Counted from the first letter of the stretch, positions 9,646-19,836 are shown. The stretch is DNA of 64,000 nucleotides from Clostridiales bacterium (GCA_015055745.1 SVHS01000001.1:10094-74093); one strand, 5' to 3'. Numbers and translations are program-made. Notes: generated from the letters alone by a model not told the origin.

Positions 9646-12129
9646 ATGAAAGAAACATTTGAAAAAATAGACAATACAAAATACATTGACATTGACGTAG
9701 AGCATGAGATGAAAGAGTCTTTCATATCATATGCTATGGCAGTCAATGTATCTCGTGCCATACCAGATGTCAGAGACGGTCTAAAGCCAGTGCATAGACG
9801 TATCATGTATGCTATGGGAGAGATAGGACTCACTCATGACAAACCTTTTAGAAAAAGTGTAAAAGTGGTCGGTGAAGTGTTAGCAAAGTATCACCCACAC
9901 GGTGATAGCTCAGTGTATGACGCTATGGTGCGTTTGGCACAAGACTTTACTATCAATGAGCCTTTGGTGGACGGACATGGAAACTTCGGCTCAGTGGACG
10001 GTGATGGTGCTGCAGCGATGCGTTATACAGAGGCAAGACTTAGCAAGATTGCTGATGAATTGTTGAGAGATATAGAGAAAGATACTGTAGATTTTATGCC
10101 AAACTTTGATGCTACATTATTGGAGCCAAAGGTTTTACCTAGTAGATTTCCAAATTTGCTAGTAAATGGTAGTGATGGTATTGCGGTAGGTATGGCTACA
10201 AATATTCCTCCGCACAATCTAAATGAAGTCATCGATGCTGTAGTAGCTATGATAGACAATCCAAATATTACTATCGATGAATTGATGGAGATTATCCCTG
10301 CGCCAGATTTCCCTACAGGTGGTGAAATCTTGGCCAATGCTGCTATCAAGCAAGCCTATCTCACTGGTCGTGGTGGCGTGGTAATGCGTGCCAAGACTGA
10401 TATAGAATCTTACGATAACGGTAAGAGATGGAGGATAGTCGTAAATGCTATTCCTTATCAAGTAAATAAGGCTAAGCTTATCACACAGATAGCTACGTTG
10501 GTAAAAGACAAAAAGATAGAAGGTATCAGTGATATTCGAGATGAGTCTGATAGAGACGGTATGCGCATCGTGATAGAGCTAAAGAGAGAAGCAAATCCTC
10601 AGATTGTACAAAATTTATTGTTCAAGCAGACTCAGCTTCAATTATCTAGTGGTATCATCATGCTAGCATTGGTAGATGGTCAGCCTAGAGTATTAAATCT
10701 ACAAGAGATTATCTTCCATTATTTAAATTTCCAAAGACAAGTGGTGACTCGTAGGACTCAGTATGAGCTAAACAAAGCAGAAGAGAGACAACATATCTTG
10801 CAAGGCTTGGTGATAGCGGTAAATAATATTGATGAAGTTATCAAGATTATCAAAAATAGTGCTGATAAATCAGTCGCTTTGAAGAGCTTAGAAGAGAGAT
10901 TTGGTCTCACTGAAAGACAGTCTAATGCGATACTTGAGATGAAATTGAGCAGACTCACTGGTCTAGAGGTAGATAAGCTAAATGGAGAATTAAACGAGTT
11001 AGAAATCACTGTAAAAAATCTAAAAGAGATTTTAGCTGATGAAAATAAGATTAGCGAGATTATCAAAAAAGAGTTATTAGAGGTCAAGGCAAAATTCCCT
11101 ACTCCAAGAAAGACTGAAATAATCATGAACTATGACGACATAGATATCGGTGATTTGATTGATCGTCATGATGTAGTGATTTCTCTCACAGGACAAGGTT
11201 ATGTCAAGAGATTGCCAGTCAGCGAATACAAGTCTCAAAACCGTGGCGGTCGTGGAGTAAATGCTCATAAGACCAAAGAGGAAGATTTTGTCAATGATAT
11301 GTTTGTGGTAAATAGCCATGATGATGTAATGTTCTTCACTAGTTTAGGTAAAGTTTATGTGATACGTGCATATAATATCCCAGAGGCTGGTAGACAAAAC
11401 AAGGGTAGAGCACTGGTAAATCTATTGCCACTAGAGAGTGATGAAAAAATCAATACTATCTTAAAATATGAAAACAATAGAGATTCTTATTTAGTACTTG
11501 CTACTAAGAATGGTCAGATCAAGAAAACTAAGATATCAGAGTTTGAAAACATTAGGAAAAATGGTAAGATAGCTATCAAGCTTTTGGACGGAGATGAATT
11601 GATCGGTGCCAAGATAGTAAATGTCGAAGATGAATTGATGGTAATATCAAACAATGGTAAGAGTCTAAGATTTAGAGCCAAAGATGTGCGTACTGTAGGT
11701 AGGTCATCTATGGGAGTCAAAGGTATGAAGATAGAAGCTGATGAAGAGATCATCGATATGATAGTATTAGATCCTGAGCATGATATCTTGACCGTGACAG
11801 AAAAAGGCTATGCAAAGAGGACTCGACCTGAAGATTATCGTTTGCAGGGTAGACGTGGTAAAGGTATCAAAGCAGGTGTGTTCAATGATAAGACAGGTAA
11901 AGTGGTGGCTATCAAGAGCATCACTGCGGATAATGATATTTTGGCAATATCTGCAGATGGCGTGATGATACGTACTCATGCGGATTCTATAAACTTAGTC
12001 GGCAGGACTAGTCTAGGTGTGAGATTGATGAAAGTTAGCGCTCAAGACAGTGTGGTCAGTGTGGCTGTAGTGGATAGGCAAGAAGAGGAAGAAGATATTG
12101 AGTCTACTGAAGAAGTGACAGAAGAATAA
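9646..12129 (+). CDS. gyrA: DNA gyrase subunit A
   Basis: Active-site region AAAMRYTEARL and QRDR-like region HPHGDSSVYDAMVRLAQ. A GyrA-box-like SQNRGGRGV in the C-terminal domain supports GyrA rather than ParC. Acidic tail at the C-terminus. Confidence 0.96.
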   Translation: MKETFEKIDNTKYIDIDVEHEMKESFISYAMAVNVSRAIPDVRDGLKPVHRRIMYAMGEIGLTHDKPFRKSVKVVGEVLAKYHPHGDSSVYDAMVRLAQDFTINEPLVDGHGNFGSVDGDGAAAMRYTEARLSKIADELLRDIEKDTVDFMPNFDATLLEPKVLPSRFPNLLVNGSDGIAVGMATNIPPHNLNEVIDAVVAMIDNPNITIDELMEIIPAPDFPTGGEILANAAIKQAYLTGRGGVVMRAKTDIESYDNGKRWRIVVNAIPYQVNKAKLITQIATLVKDKKIEGISDIRDESDRDGMRIVIELKREANPQIVQNLLFKQTQLQLSSGIIMLALVDGQPRVLNLQEIIFHYLNFQRQVVTRRTQYELNKAEERQHILQGLVIAVNNIDEVIKIIKNSADKSVALKSLEERFGLTERQSNAILEMKLSRLTGLEVDKLNGELNELEITVKNLKEILADENKISEIIKKELLEVKAKFPTPRKTEIIMNYDDIDIGDLIDRHDVVISLTGQGYVKRLPVSEYKSQNRGGRGVNAHKTKEEDFVNDMFVVNSHDDVMFFTSLGKVYVIRAYNIPEAGRQNKGRALVNLLPLESDEKINTILKYENNRDSYLVLATKNGQIKKTKISEFENIRKNGKIAIKLLDGDELIGAKIVNVEDELMVISNNGKSLRFRAKDVRTVGRSSMGVKGMKIEADEEIIDMIVLDPEHDILTVTEKGYAKRTRPEDYRLQGRRGKGIKAGVFNDKTGKVVAIKSITADNDILAISADGVMIRTHADSINLVGRTSLGVRLMKVSAQDSVVSVAVVDRQEEEEDIESTEEVTEE

Positions 12130-12132
12130 ATA

Positions 12133-12157
12133 AACAAGTGAGCGTGGGCTCACTTGT
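12133..12157 (+). terminator. Hairpin after gyrA
   Basis: AACAAGTGAGC-GTG-GGCTCACTTGTT, an 11-bp perfect stem. No clean T run follows. Confidence 0.6.
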
Positions 12158-12341
12158 TGCATTTATCTAATTATTAATTAAAAAATAAATTTATATTTTT
12201 AATAAAATTATTTATTAATATTATTGATTAAATTTAATAATTTGTTTTAATTAAATAAAAATATTAAAAAAATAAATTTTCTAAAAAATCATAAAAAAAT
12301 AAATAAAATTAATTAAATAATAATAAAATATTAAAAAAATT

Positions 12342-13166
12342 ATGAGTAAATGCAGATCATGGACAAAACGAATATTGATACTAATGCTACTTTTGATAGT
12401 GGTGTTTGGTTTGTGTGCATGTAGTAGTGTCAATGCGATGACGATTACCAATACTGATGGTACGGTGGACGAAATTGTCATGATTACTCTTGATGTAGAA
12501 AATGCTGTGGACTATATGACGTTGAAAAACGACATACAGTCTAGAGCTATACAAGAGGCAGAAGAGATTAAGCAGGATCTAAATAATCGTGTCATAGAAG
12601 ATTTATCCAAGACGTCAGATGAAGAAACTATAGAGGCTCTAAATTCGTTTAAAGAAGGAGTGTCGTTGGCGAAAGCAAAGTGGGAAGAAGACACTTTTAC
12701 CATAGCTATTCGTTTTAAGAATGTAGACGTATATAAATATTACTATAGAGTAGAAGACGCCAAACCTGAGACCAAGATAGAGGAGAGTTTCTTCTACGAC
12801 AAAGTGTATTTTTATTATAGTACCATGTATGTAAGGCACAATATGCTGTACAATGAATTGTACGATTATTATTCTAGTGAATATGGGGATATCATAAATA
12901 GCGAAGATAGTAAAGTGATGTATACGTATGTGACTGATCTTAGGCGAGAGCACAGTGATGCAGATCATATTACTAATAGAAATGGGCAATATTATCACAC
13001 ATGGGTATTAGAGAGTCCTAATGACACGATCACGATTTATTACAATGTGGCCAACTCTGGAAATTGGATACTAGTGGCTATCGGTATTACTCTAGTAGTA
13101 TGTTTGATATTGGTCACTATAGGTGTGACTGTATCAAAAAAAAGAAAAAAAGATGATGTAGTATAG
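12342..13166 (+). CDS. Putative lipoprotein with C-terminal TM anchor, function unknown
   Basis: Signal peptide plus lipobox-like LCAC|SS (MSKCRSWTKRILILMLLLIVVFGLCACSS). C-terminal hydrophobic helix WILVAIGITLVVCLILVTIGVTV followed by a KKRKK tail. Confidence 0.6.
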   Translation: MSKCRSWTKRILILMLLLIVVFGLCACSSVNAMTITNTDGTVDEIVMITLDVENAVDYMTLKNDIQSRAIQEAEEIKQDLNNRVIEDLSKTSDEETIEALNSFKEGVSLAKAKWEEDTFTIAIRFKNVDVYKYYYRVEDAKPETKIEESFFYDKVYFYYSTMYVRHNMLYNELYDYYSSEYGDIINSEDSKVMYTYVTDLRREHSDADHITNRNGQYYHTWVLESPNDTITIYYNVANSGNWILVAIGITLVVCLILVTIGVTVSKKRKKDDVV

Positions 13167-13179
13167 CATCATCTTTTTT
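13151..13179. terminator. Bidirectional terminator hairpin
   Basis: AGATGATG-(8-nt loop)-CATCATCT followed by a T run. It overlaps the stop codons of the flanking convergent ORFs. Confidence 0.65.
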
Positions 13180-13339
13180 ACCAATCATATCTTCTGGAAG
13201 GGACTTTTATATCATCATAAAACTTCAAATAATCATCAGTAAATTTATTAGTGGTAGTCTTCACGGGTTTAAAAGAAACTTTCTTTTTATATTCGGTATT
13301 TTGTTTTGGTAATTTTTTTAGTATTTTTATTTTAGCCAT
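13178..13339 (-). CDS. Unannotated 53-aa lysine-rich small ORF
   Basis: Below the ORF-track size cutoff. Minus-strand ATG at 13339 is preceded by AAAGGGA with about 6 nt spacing. Translation: MAKIKILKKLPKQNTEYKKKVSFKPVKTTTNKFTDDYLKFYDDIKVPSRRYDW*. Confidence 0.3.
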   Translation of the reverse strand: MAKIKILKKLPKQNTEYKKKVSFKPVKTTTNKFTDDYLKFYDDIKVPSRRYDW

Positions 13340-13472
13340 AAAATTTCCCTTTATTTTTAATTATTTTAATAATTTTTTAAACTAATATCAAAAATTAATT
13401 AATTTTTAATAATTATATCATATTTTAAAAATTTTTCAATATTATTTTAAAAATTTATAATAAAAAATTCCA

Positions 13473-14030
13473 TCAAATGATTTGACGGAATTTAGAGCTC
13501 TTTTTTTCGTTGTATGGGCTGAGTACTACAGTGTCCATTAGTAGACTAGCTTGGACATCTATGATACGTTGATTACTGCTACCTTTAAATCGAAGAGTAA
13601 TGTCTTTCAATTCTTCCTTAAATTCTCCATCTACCAATATATCGATATATGAGAGTAATTCACGAGTCCAAGGACAGTGTGCTCTACTAGGTTTTAGTAG
13701 CTCATCATCGTATAGATATCCAGTATAGCACCAGATAGTCTTGTTTGGATACAAAGCTTTTACAGTTTTTACAAAATCAATGAGCCCCTTTTGATTGGCA
13801 GGCTCCATAGGTTCGCCACCGAGAAGTGTGAGTCCACTGATATGTGAGGGAGCAAGGGCGGAGATAATCTTTTCTTGCACATCAGATGTGAATGGTGAGC
13901 CGTAGTCAAAGTCCCATGTTTCTTTATTGAAACAATTTTTGCAATGATGTGTACAGCCACTCACAAATAATGAGACTCTCACACCCTCACCATTTGCTAT
14001 GTCATTAAATTTGATATTTGCATAATTCAT
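13473..14030 (-). CDS. nrdG: Anaerobic ribonucleoside-triphosphate reductase activating protein (radical SAM)
   Basis: CX3CX2C motif (GCTHHCKNCFN). N-terminal NYANIKFNDIANGEGVRVSLFVSGC is typical of NrdG. It lies downstream of nrdD. Confidence 0.93.
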   Translation of the reverse strand: MNYANIKFNDIANGEGVRVSLFVSGCTHHCKNCFNKETWDFDYGSPFTSDVQEKIISALAPSHISGLTLLGGEPMEPANQKGLIDFVKTVKALYPNKTIWCYTGYLYDDELLKPSRAHCPWTRELLSYIDILVDGEFKEELKDITLRFKGSSNQRIIDVQASLLMDTVVLSPYNEKKSSKFRQII

Positions 14031-14033
14031 ATT

Positions 14034-16211
14034 TTATAAGTGTAATACTCTGTCTTTTATTTCTTGTGTCCTACCTTGGTTCCAAAATTGGCTACCGATA
14101 TATCCGCAAGTACGTCTTGCTACATTCATCTTTGTCTGATCAGTGTTGCCACAGTTTGGACATTTCCAGATTAGTTTACCGTCTTGTTCTTCTACTTCGA
14201 TTTCACCGTCATAGCTACATACTTGGCAATAATCTGATTTTGTGTTTAGCTCAGCGTACATGATATTGTCGTAGATAAACTTGATGACCTCAAGTACTGC
14301 TTCGATATTGTTTTGCATATTAGGCACTTCTACATAGCTGATAGCACCGCCTGGACTAAGTGCTTGGAATTCACTTTCCAATTGAAGTTTGCTAAATGCA
14401 TCAATAGGTTCAGTCACGTGTACGTGATAGCTGTTTGTGATATAGTTTTTATCAGTCACACCAGGTATGATGCCAAAACGTTTTTGTAAACATTTAGCAA
14501 ACTTGTATGTAGTGCTCTCTAGTGGTGTGCCATATAGTGAATAGTCGATATTTTCAGCTAATTTCCATTTCTTTGTATACTCATTTAGCTTTTTCATGAT
14601 CTCCAAGCCAAGATCTTTACCTTCTGGCTCAGTGAGTTTCTTTCCATTTAGATAATACACAGTCTCCCATAGACCAGCATAGCCTAGAGAGATAGTAGAG
14701 TATCCGCCATGTAAATATTTGTCTATAGTCTCACCAGATTTTAGTCGAGCTAGCGCTCCATGTTGCCACAATATAGGGGCCACGTCTGATACGGTACCAG
14801 TGAGTCGCTCATGTCTGCATTGCAACGCTCTATGGCAAAGTTCCATTCTTTCATCGAAGATTTCCCAAAACTTCTTCATATCTTTGTGAGAAGATAGGGC
14901 AATATCGATAAGATTTACAGTTACGACACCTTGATTAAATCTACCATAATATTTAGGTTGATTGTTTTCATCTACAAATGGAGTCAAGAAGCTACGGCAA
15001 CCCATACAGGTATAGCAGTGACCTTCACCATTTTTATCTACTTTCAATTCTAACATTTTCTTTTCACTGATATAGTCTGGCACTAGTCTCTTTGCTGTAC
15101 ATTTTGCAGCCAACTCAGTGAGATAATAATATTTGCTATCTGGGTGTATATTTGATTCTTCTAGTACATAAATAATCTTTGGGAAAGCAGGTGTCACATA
15201 CACACCTTTTTCATTTTTAACACCTTGATAACGTTGCTCGAGAGTCTCTTCAATGATCATCGCTAAGTCTTCTCGCTCACGTTCATTTTTTGCTTCACCT
15301 AAGTATAAAAATTCTGTGACAAAAGGAGCTTGACCATTAGTAGTCATGAGAGTAATCACTTGATATTGAATAGTCTGTACACCTCGATTGATTTCACGAC
15401 GTACACGTTTTTCTGTGATGGCGTGTAATAATTCGGGGTCTACCTTGCCACAAGCCATTTTTAGCTCGTTTTCTACTTCACTTCTGATTTTTTGTCTGCT
15501 GATATCTACAAATGGAGCAAGGTGAGCAAGGCTGATACTTTGTCCGCCGTATTGACTAGAAGCTACCTGTGCTACGATTTGTGTGGCGATATTACAAGCA
15601 GTAGAGAAAGAGTGAGGCTTATCTATCTTTGTACTAGAGATGACAGTGCCATTTTGTAGCATGTCTTCTAAGTTTACAAGGTCGCAGTTATGCATACGTT
15701 GAGCAAAATAATCTGCATCATGGAAGTGGATTAGTCCGTCTTCGTGTGCTTTCCAAATATCCTCAGGGAGTAAGAATCTTTTGGTCAAGTCCTTACTCAT
15801 TTCGCCAGCCATGTAGTCACGCTGTACACTATTTACAGTAGGATTCTTGTTGCTGTTTTCTTGCTTTACTTCTTCATTTTGACAGTCTATGAGCGAAAAG
15901 ATTTTATCGTCGGTAGTATTTTTTTGTCTAGCGAGCTGTCTATCATAACGATATGTAATGTAGTGCTTTGCTACCTCAAATCTACCTTCTTTCATGATGG
16001 CGAACTCTACCATGTCTTGGATTTCTTCTACACCCACAGCTCTGCCCATAGACTCACATTTTGCAGTGACATCAGTGGTAATCCTCTCGATTTGTTCATC
16101 TGTGAGACGCTTTGATAGCTCATCAATATTATTGTTTGCCTTGGTGACGGCGATACGGATTTTGTCAGCGTTAAATACGACTTCTTGACCGTTTCTCTTG
16201 ATTACTTTCAT
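14034..16211 (-). CDS. nrdD: Anaerobic ribonucleoside-triphosphate reductase (class III)
   Basis: N-terminal ATP-cone (MKVIKRNGQEVVFNADKI), C-terminal Zn ribbon (CQVC...CPNCG) and glycyl-radical motif RRTCGYIG. Confidence 0.97.
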   Translation of the reverse strand: MKVIKRNGQEVVFNADKIRIAVTKANNNIDELSKRLTDEQIERITTDVTAKCESMGRAVGVEEIQDMVEFAIMKEGRFEVAKHYITYRYDRQLARQKNTTDDKIFSLIDCQNEEVKQENSNKNPTVNSVQRDYMAGEMSKDLTKRFLLPEDIWKAHEDGLIHFHDADYFAQRMHNCDLVNLEDMLQNGTVISSTKIDKPHSFSTACNIATQIVAQVASSQYGGQSISLAHLAPFVDISRQKIRSEVENELKMACGKVDPELLHAITEKRVRREINRGVQTIQYQVITLMTTNGQAPFVTEFLYLGEAKNEREREDLAMIIEETLEQRYQGVKNEKGVYVTPAFPKIIYVLEESNIHPDSKYYYLTELAAKCTAKRLVPDYISEKKMLELKVDKNGEGHCYTCMGCRSFLTPFVDENNQPKYYGRFNQGVVTVNLIDIALSSHKDMKKFWEIFDERMELCHRALQCRHERLTGTVSDVAPILWQHGALARLKSGETIDKYLHGGYSTISLGYAGLWETVYYLNGKKLTEPEGKDLGLEIMKKLNEYTKKWKLAENIDYSLYGTPLESTTYKFAKCLQKRFGIIPGVTDKNYITNSYHVHVTEPIDAFSKLQLESEFQALSPGGAISYVEVPNMQNNIEAVLEVIKFIYDNIMYAELNTKSDYCQVCSYDGEIEVEEQDGKLIWKCPNCGNTDQTKMNVARRTCGYIGSQFWNQGRTQEIKDRVLHL

Positions 16212-16325
16212 AATTACTCCCTTTTAGTTTTTTCAAACAATTTGTCCTTTTGTTTGACTTTACGATATCATTATACTATAATGAGAGTGTAAAAAGTGTT
16301 GTTTTTACAACAAAATGAGGTAAAA

Positions 16326-16991
16326 ATGGAACATTTTGAGGATTTGAAAAAAACCAAAATTTTCAGTTCTTCCAATGAGCTTGATTGTCAAGCTATGATG
16401 TTTTGTTTTAAGACTAGGTTCAAGACTTTTGAGAAAAACGAGCGTATCGTATCGCAGGGTGATGATATGGAAGAGGTCGTTTTGATAGTCAAAGGCGCAG
16501 GTATAGTGGAGAATATCGATAGTATGGGCAATATATCGATAGTAGAGAGATTGAGACGTGGAGAGATCTATGGTGTCGAGTCTGCGTACGCTGGAGATAT
16601 TACATATAAAGATAGCTTGATAGCGACGGAAAAAACAATGGTCTTGTTTATGAATAAGCACAGACTTATCAATCCGTGTGAAAATAAATGTAGGCGACAT
16701 GATGCTGTGGTGAAGCATTTGATGCAAATGGTGGCAGAGAGCAATATTAAGCTACTTGAGAAGCTTACGCATATTTCAAAAAAGACTATAAGGGACAAGT
16801 TGTTATCCTACTTTAGCTCCATAGTGGCAAAAAAAGGTTCAAATTATTTTGAGATACCGTTCAATAAGACTGAATTGGCAAATTATCTTTCTGTAGACAG
16901 GAGTGCTATGAGTACCGAGCTAAGTAAGATGAGAGAAGAGGGCATTATAGATTTTGATAAAAAACAGTATCATTTGATAAATAAAAAATAA
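16326..16991 (+). CDS. Crp/Fnr family transcriptional regulator
   Basis: cNMP-binding-like N-terminal domain and C-terminal HTH (ELANYLSVDRSAMSTELSKMREEGII). The start was moved from the GTG at 16296 to the ATG at 16326, which has GAGG 5 nt upstream. Confidence 0.85.
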   Translation: MEHFEDLKKTKIFSSSNELDCQAMMFCFKTRFKTFEKNERIVSQGDDMEEVVLIVKGAGIVENIDSMGNISIVERLRRGEIYGVESAYAGDITYKDSLIATEKTMVLFMNKHRLINPCENKCRRHDAVVKHLMQMVAESNIKLLEKLTHISKKTIRDKLLSYFSSIVAKKGSNYFEIPFNKTELANYLSVDRSAMSTELSKMREEGIIDFDKKQYHLINKK

Positions 16992-17008
16992 GCCGTTGGC
17001 TTATTTTT
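16987..17008. terminator. Bidirectional terminator between the Crp-family gene and degV
   Basis: AATAAGCC-GTT-GGCTTATT flanked by A and T runs. It overlaps both stop codons. Confidence 0.7.
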
Positions 17009-17846
17009 CTTTTCCTATAAAGAACACAGCGATAAGACCTGGGCCTGTGTGACAACCGATCACTTGAGTAAGGTCGGTAATGACAGGCTCTACACCAAGA
17101 GTATATTTTAGAGTGTTGGCAAATTCTTTTGCCTCAGTCTCAGCTAGAGCGTGAGTGATAAATACTTGCTGCTTGTCTGCTATTTTTTCTTCTACTATCT
17201 TCGCCATCTCTTGTAGAGATTTCTTTTTGGTGATGACTTTTTTATAGCTAACTAGTCTACCATTCTCGTCCACTCTTAGTACTGGCTTGATATTTAGTAT
17301 AGTGCCTAATATGCCAGAAAATTTACCCACTCTACCACCGCGTACTAGATATTTTAGCTGGTCAACAGTAAAATAACTACATATGTATGGTATTAGCTTT
17401 TTTACTTCTTCTGCTACTTGGTCTATAGGCATGCCTTGGTCCATATATTCTTTTGCCTTCAATACAAGCAAACCTTCTCCCATAGAAGCATTTAGAGAAT
17501 CTATCACTACGATCTTATTTTCATGAGTATCATTTAGTTCTTTTGCGACTCTAGATAGTGTACCTGTACTTCCACTCAGAGCTGATGAAAATCCGATATG
17601 TAGTATATCTTCGCCTGATTTTAGTAGCTCTTCGAAGTATTCTTTGGCGCCAAACTCATTGATTTGAGCTGTGGTAGGAGTGCTACCATCTTTCATCTTT
17701 TGATAATACTCAGTTATAGGTAAATCATCACTCAGGTCATCATATGTTATGTCGTCCAATATGATTTTTAGAGGTACCATTTTTATATTATATTTTGAGT
17801 AATACTCTTTGGGTAAATTTGCTGTCGAATCTGTGCTTAATATCAT
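17001..17846 (-). CDS. DegV family fatty-acid-binding protein
   Basis: 281 aa, family-typical layout (ILSTDSTANLP..., GFSSALSGSTGT, VDQLKYLVRGGRV). Confidence 0.9.
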   Translation of the reverse strand: MILSTDSTANLPKEYYSKYNIKMVPLKIILDDITYDDLSDDLPITEYYQKMKDGSTPTTAQINEFGAKEYFEELLKSGEDILHIGFSSALSGSTGTLSRVAKELNDTHENKIVVIDSLNASMGEGLLVLKAKEYMDQGMPIDQVAEEVKKLIPYICSYFTVDQLKYLVRGGRVGKFSGILGTILNIKPVLRVDENGRLVSYKKVITKKKSLQEMAKIVEEKIADKQQVFITHALAETEAKEFANTLKYTLGVEPVITDLTQVIGCHTGPGLIAVFFIGKEK

Positions 17847-19106
17847 TTATTTTTTCTCCTTATATTTCAATTTTACCAGTGTCTCCACGCTGTTTGTCTG
17901 AGGGAACATATCAAATGGAATAATTTGCTCCACAGTGTAGTCATCTAACAATATTTTTAAATCTTTCGCTAGGGCGATAGGATTGCAAGAGATATATATT
18001 ATATTCTTGACACCTATGATTTCATGCACACTTTGTCCACAACCCTTTTTAGATGGGTCTAGTACTACAGTGTCTGCGTGCAGATATTTTTTTATCTCTT
18101 TATCAAAGTCGCCAAGTACATTTTGTAGGTTGGAGATATGGTTGTCTCTTTTTAGCTTTTCTGCTGATAGGTGTGCGTTTTTATTGATCTCTATGCCGAC
18201 CACATTTTTTGCTTTGGTTGATAATATGGCACTCAATAGTCCTTGTCCACTAAAGCCATTAATGATACTGTCGCCACATGAGACAAATTCTAGCACTTTT
18301 TTGTACAATTTGTCTTGAATATTTATATTTGTTTGGTGAAATCCAATTAAATCGACAAAATATGTCAAGCCAAAGTTATTTATTTTGATGTTTTTGATAC
18401 CTGCGATATGATTAATTTTACCACTGATGACTACAGAGTCTCGGCGAGTATTGATGATTTCATACAGACCGATAGATGAAAATTCTTGAGATAGTCTAGT
18501 ATAAAAAACTGACAAATCTATATGCTCTCTAGTGACGACTCCTACCAATATCTGATGAGCGATATTTCTTATTACTAGATTTCGTACAGGAGATGTGTCT
18601 GTCACATATACAGCCATAAAATCTCTAAATATCTCCAGTACTTTATTTGTTTGATCGTCTGCAAGAGGGCAATAGCTGATGTCTATGATGTCATCACTTT
18701 TCTCATGCTTGAATCCACATATTTTTTTGTCTACAGAAAATGAAAGTTTGTTTCTATATCCAAAGTCGTGATCACAAGGGACAGTGTCGGATACTGAGAA
18801 ATCTTGTCTTGCGATTTTCTTTAGGGTCTTTTGGACAAGAGTTTTTTTGAAGTGTAATTGCTCAGCATAATCCATATGCTGAAGACTGCACCCACCGCAC
18901 GTAAAAAAGTAAGGGCACTGTGGGGTGATACGGTGAGGACTCTTGCTCACTATATTGTCTACTTTGCCGATAGCATAGTTTCCCTTGTCTGACAGGATAG
19001 AGATTTCGATATTTTCTCCTATGATGGCGCCGTCTATAAGTACGACTTTACCGTCCAGCTTCGCCACACCTTCGCCGTTCATACCATAATCAAATATACT
19101 AACCAT
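17847..19106 (-). CDS. 23S rRNA (uracil-C5)-methyltransferase, RlmCD/RumA (TrmA) family
   Basis: N-terminal TRAM-like domain (GMNGEGVAKLDGKVVLIDGA), Fe-S cysteines (CPYFFTCGGCSLQH) and the catalytic-Cys region ISCNPIALAKDL. Confidence 0.85.
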   Translation of the reverse strand: MVSIFDYGMNGEGVAKLDGKVVLIDGAIIGENIEISILSDKGNYAIGKVDNIVSKSPHRITPQCPYFFTCGGCSLQHMDYAEQLHFKKTLVQKTLKKIARQDFSVSDTVPCDHDFGYRNKLSFSVDKKICGFKHEKSDDIIDISYCPLADDQTNKVLEIFRDFMAVYVTDTSPVRNLVIRNIAHQILVGVVTREHIDLSVFYTRLSQEFSSIGLYEIINTRRDSVVISGKINHIAGIKNIKINNFGLTYFVDLIGFHQTNINIQDKLYKKVLEFVSCGDSIINGFSGQGLLSAILSTKAKNVVGIEINKNAHLSAEKLKRDNHISNLQNVLGDFDKEIKKYLHADTVVLDPSKKGCGQSVHEIIGVKNIIYISCNPIALAKDLKILLDDYTVEQIIPFDMFPQTNSVETLVKLKYKEKK

Positions 19107-19692
19107 AATTGATACAGCCTTTTAATCCGTCTTTGATGATGGTGCTCAGGAAGTCGCGCACATCTTCTAATCTGCAGTCTAGCTTGCCTTTGAGCCAATT
19201 GATATACACTTCTATAGCACCGCCGACGATATATTGTACTACCATTTTAAATCTTTCATAATTTGTCACATATCTCATGACCTTAAAGTTATTTTCGATA
19301 GAGTTTAGTATGATAGTTTTTAGCTTATCCATAAGATTTTCTGTAGTGCTGGCCTGTATGATTAGCTGATAATAATGGATATCTTTATACAATATCTCAT
19401 TTAGCTTGTCTAGTACTAGCTCTGGAGTCTTGTCTATCTCAGTGAGACGAAATTCTTGCTCTATATGTTTAAAATTACCTGCTAATTCATTCTCTATATA
19501 TTTAGCTACACTTTGGATATTGTCAAAATGTAGATAAAAAGTACCTCGATTTATACCAGCTAGCTTGACGATCTCAGTCACATTGAGATTATTTTGATTG
19601 TTTATCAAAAGGTTTAGATATGCAGAGGCTATCTTCCTTTTGCTTTGTATTGAATTTTTATACTCTTGTTTTGCCATGAGACTATAATACAA
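19099..19692 (-). CDS. TetR/AcrR family transcriptional regulator (DhaS-like)
   Basis: HTH NVTEIVKLAGINRGTFYLHFDNIQ. TTG start at 19692 lies 8 nt after AAAGGTG; an alternative ATG is at 19677. The 3' end overlaps the start of the methyltransferase gene by 8 nt. Confidence 0.8.
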   Translation of the reverse strand: MYYSLMAKQEYKNSIQSKRKIASAYLNLLINNQNNLNVTEIVKLAGINRGTFYLHFDNIQSVAKYIENELAGNFKHIEQEFRLTEIDKTPELVLDKLNEILYKDIHYYQLIIQASTTENLMDKLKTIILNSIENNFKVMRYVTNYERFKMVVQYIVGGAIEVYINWLKGKLDCRLEDVRDFLSTIIKDGLKGCINYG

Positions 19693-19836
19693 AAATTAGA
19701 CACCTTTGTCAAATAATGTTGATTATTTTTGGTAATTTTTAGAAATTTTTGTCTTTTTACTAAAAACATTTGTAATTTTATGTAAGACCTATTATAATGA
19801 ATTATAAACAAGTGTTGATTTTTTAGAGGAGATTTT

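Noticed and set aside
12160-12341. AT-rich tract downstream of gyrA as a possible replication origin (the dnaB, gyrB and gyrA genes are nearby).
   Set aside because: There is no dnaA or dnaN gene in the window and no cluster of DnaA boxes. The only perfect TTATCCACA/TGTGGATAA matches I noticed are single copies inside coding regions (30473-30481 and around 51448).
16212-16325. Looked for an NrdR box or an Fnr/Crp-type palindrome in the nrdD / Crp-family divergent promoter region.
   Set aside because: Only a short GTAAAAA...TTTTTAC inverted repeat around 16289-16311 was seen. Nothing matched the NrdR-box or TTGAT-N4-ATCAA patterns convincingly.
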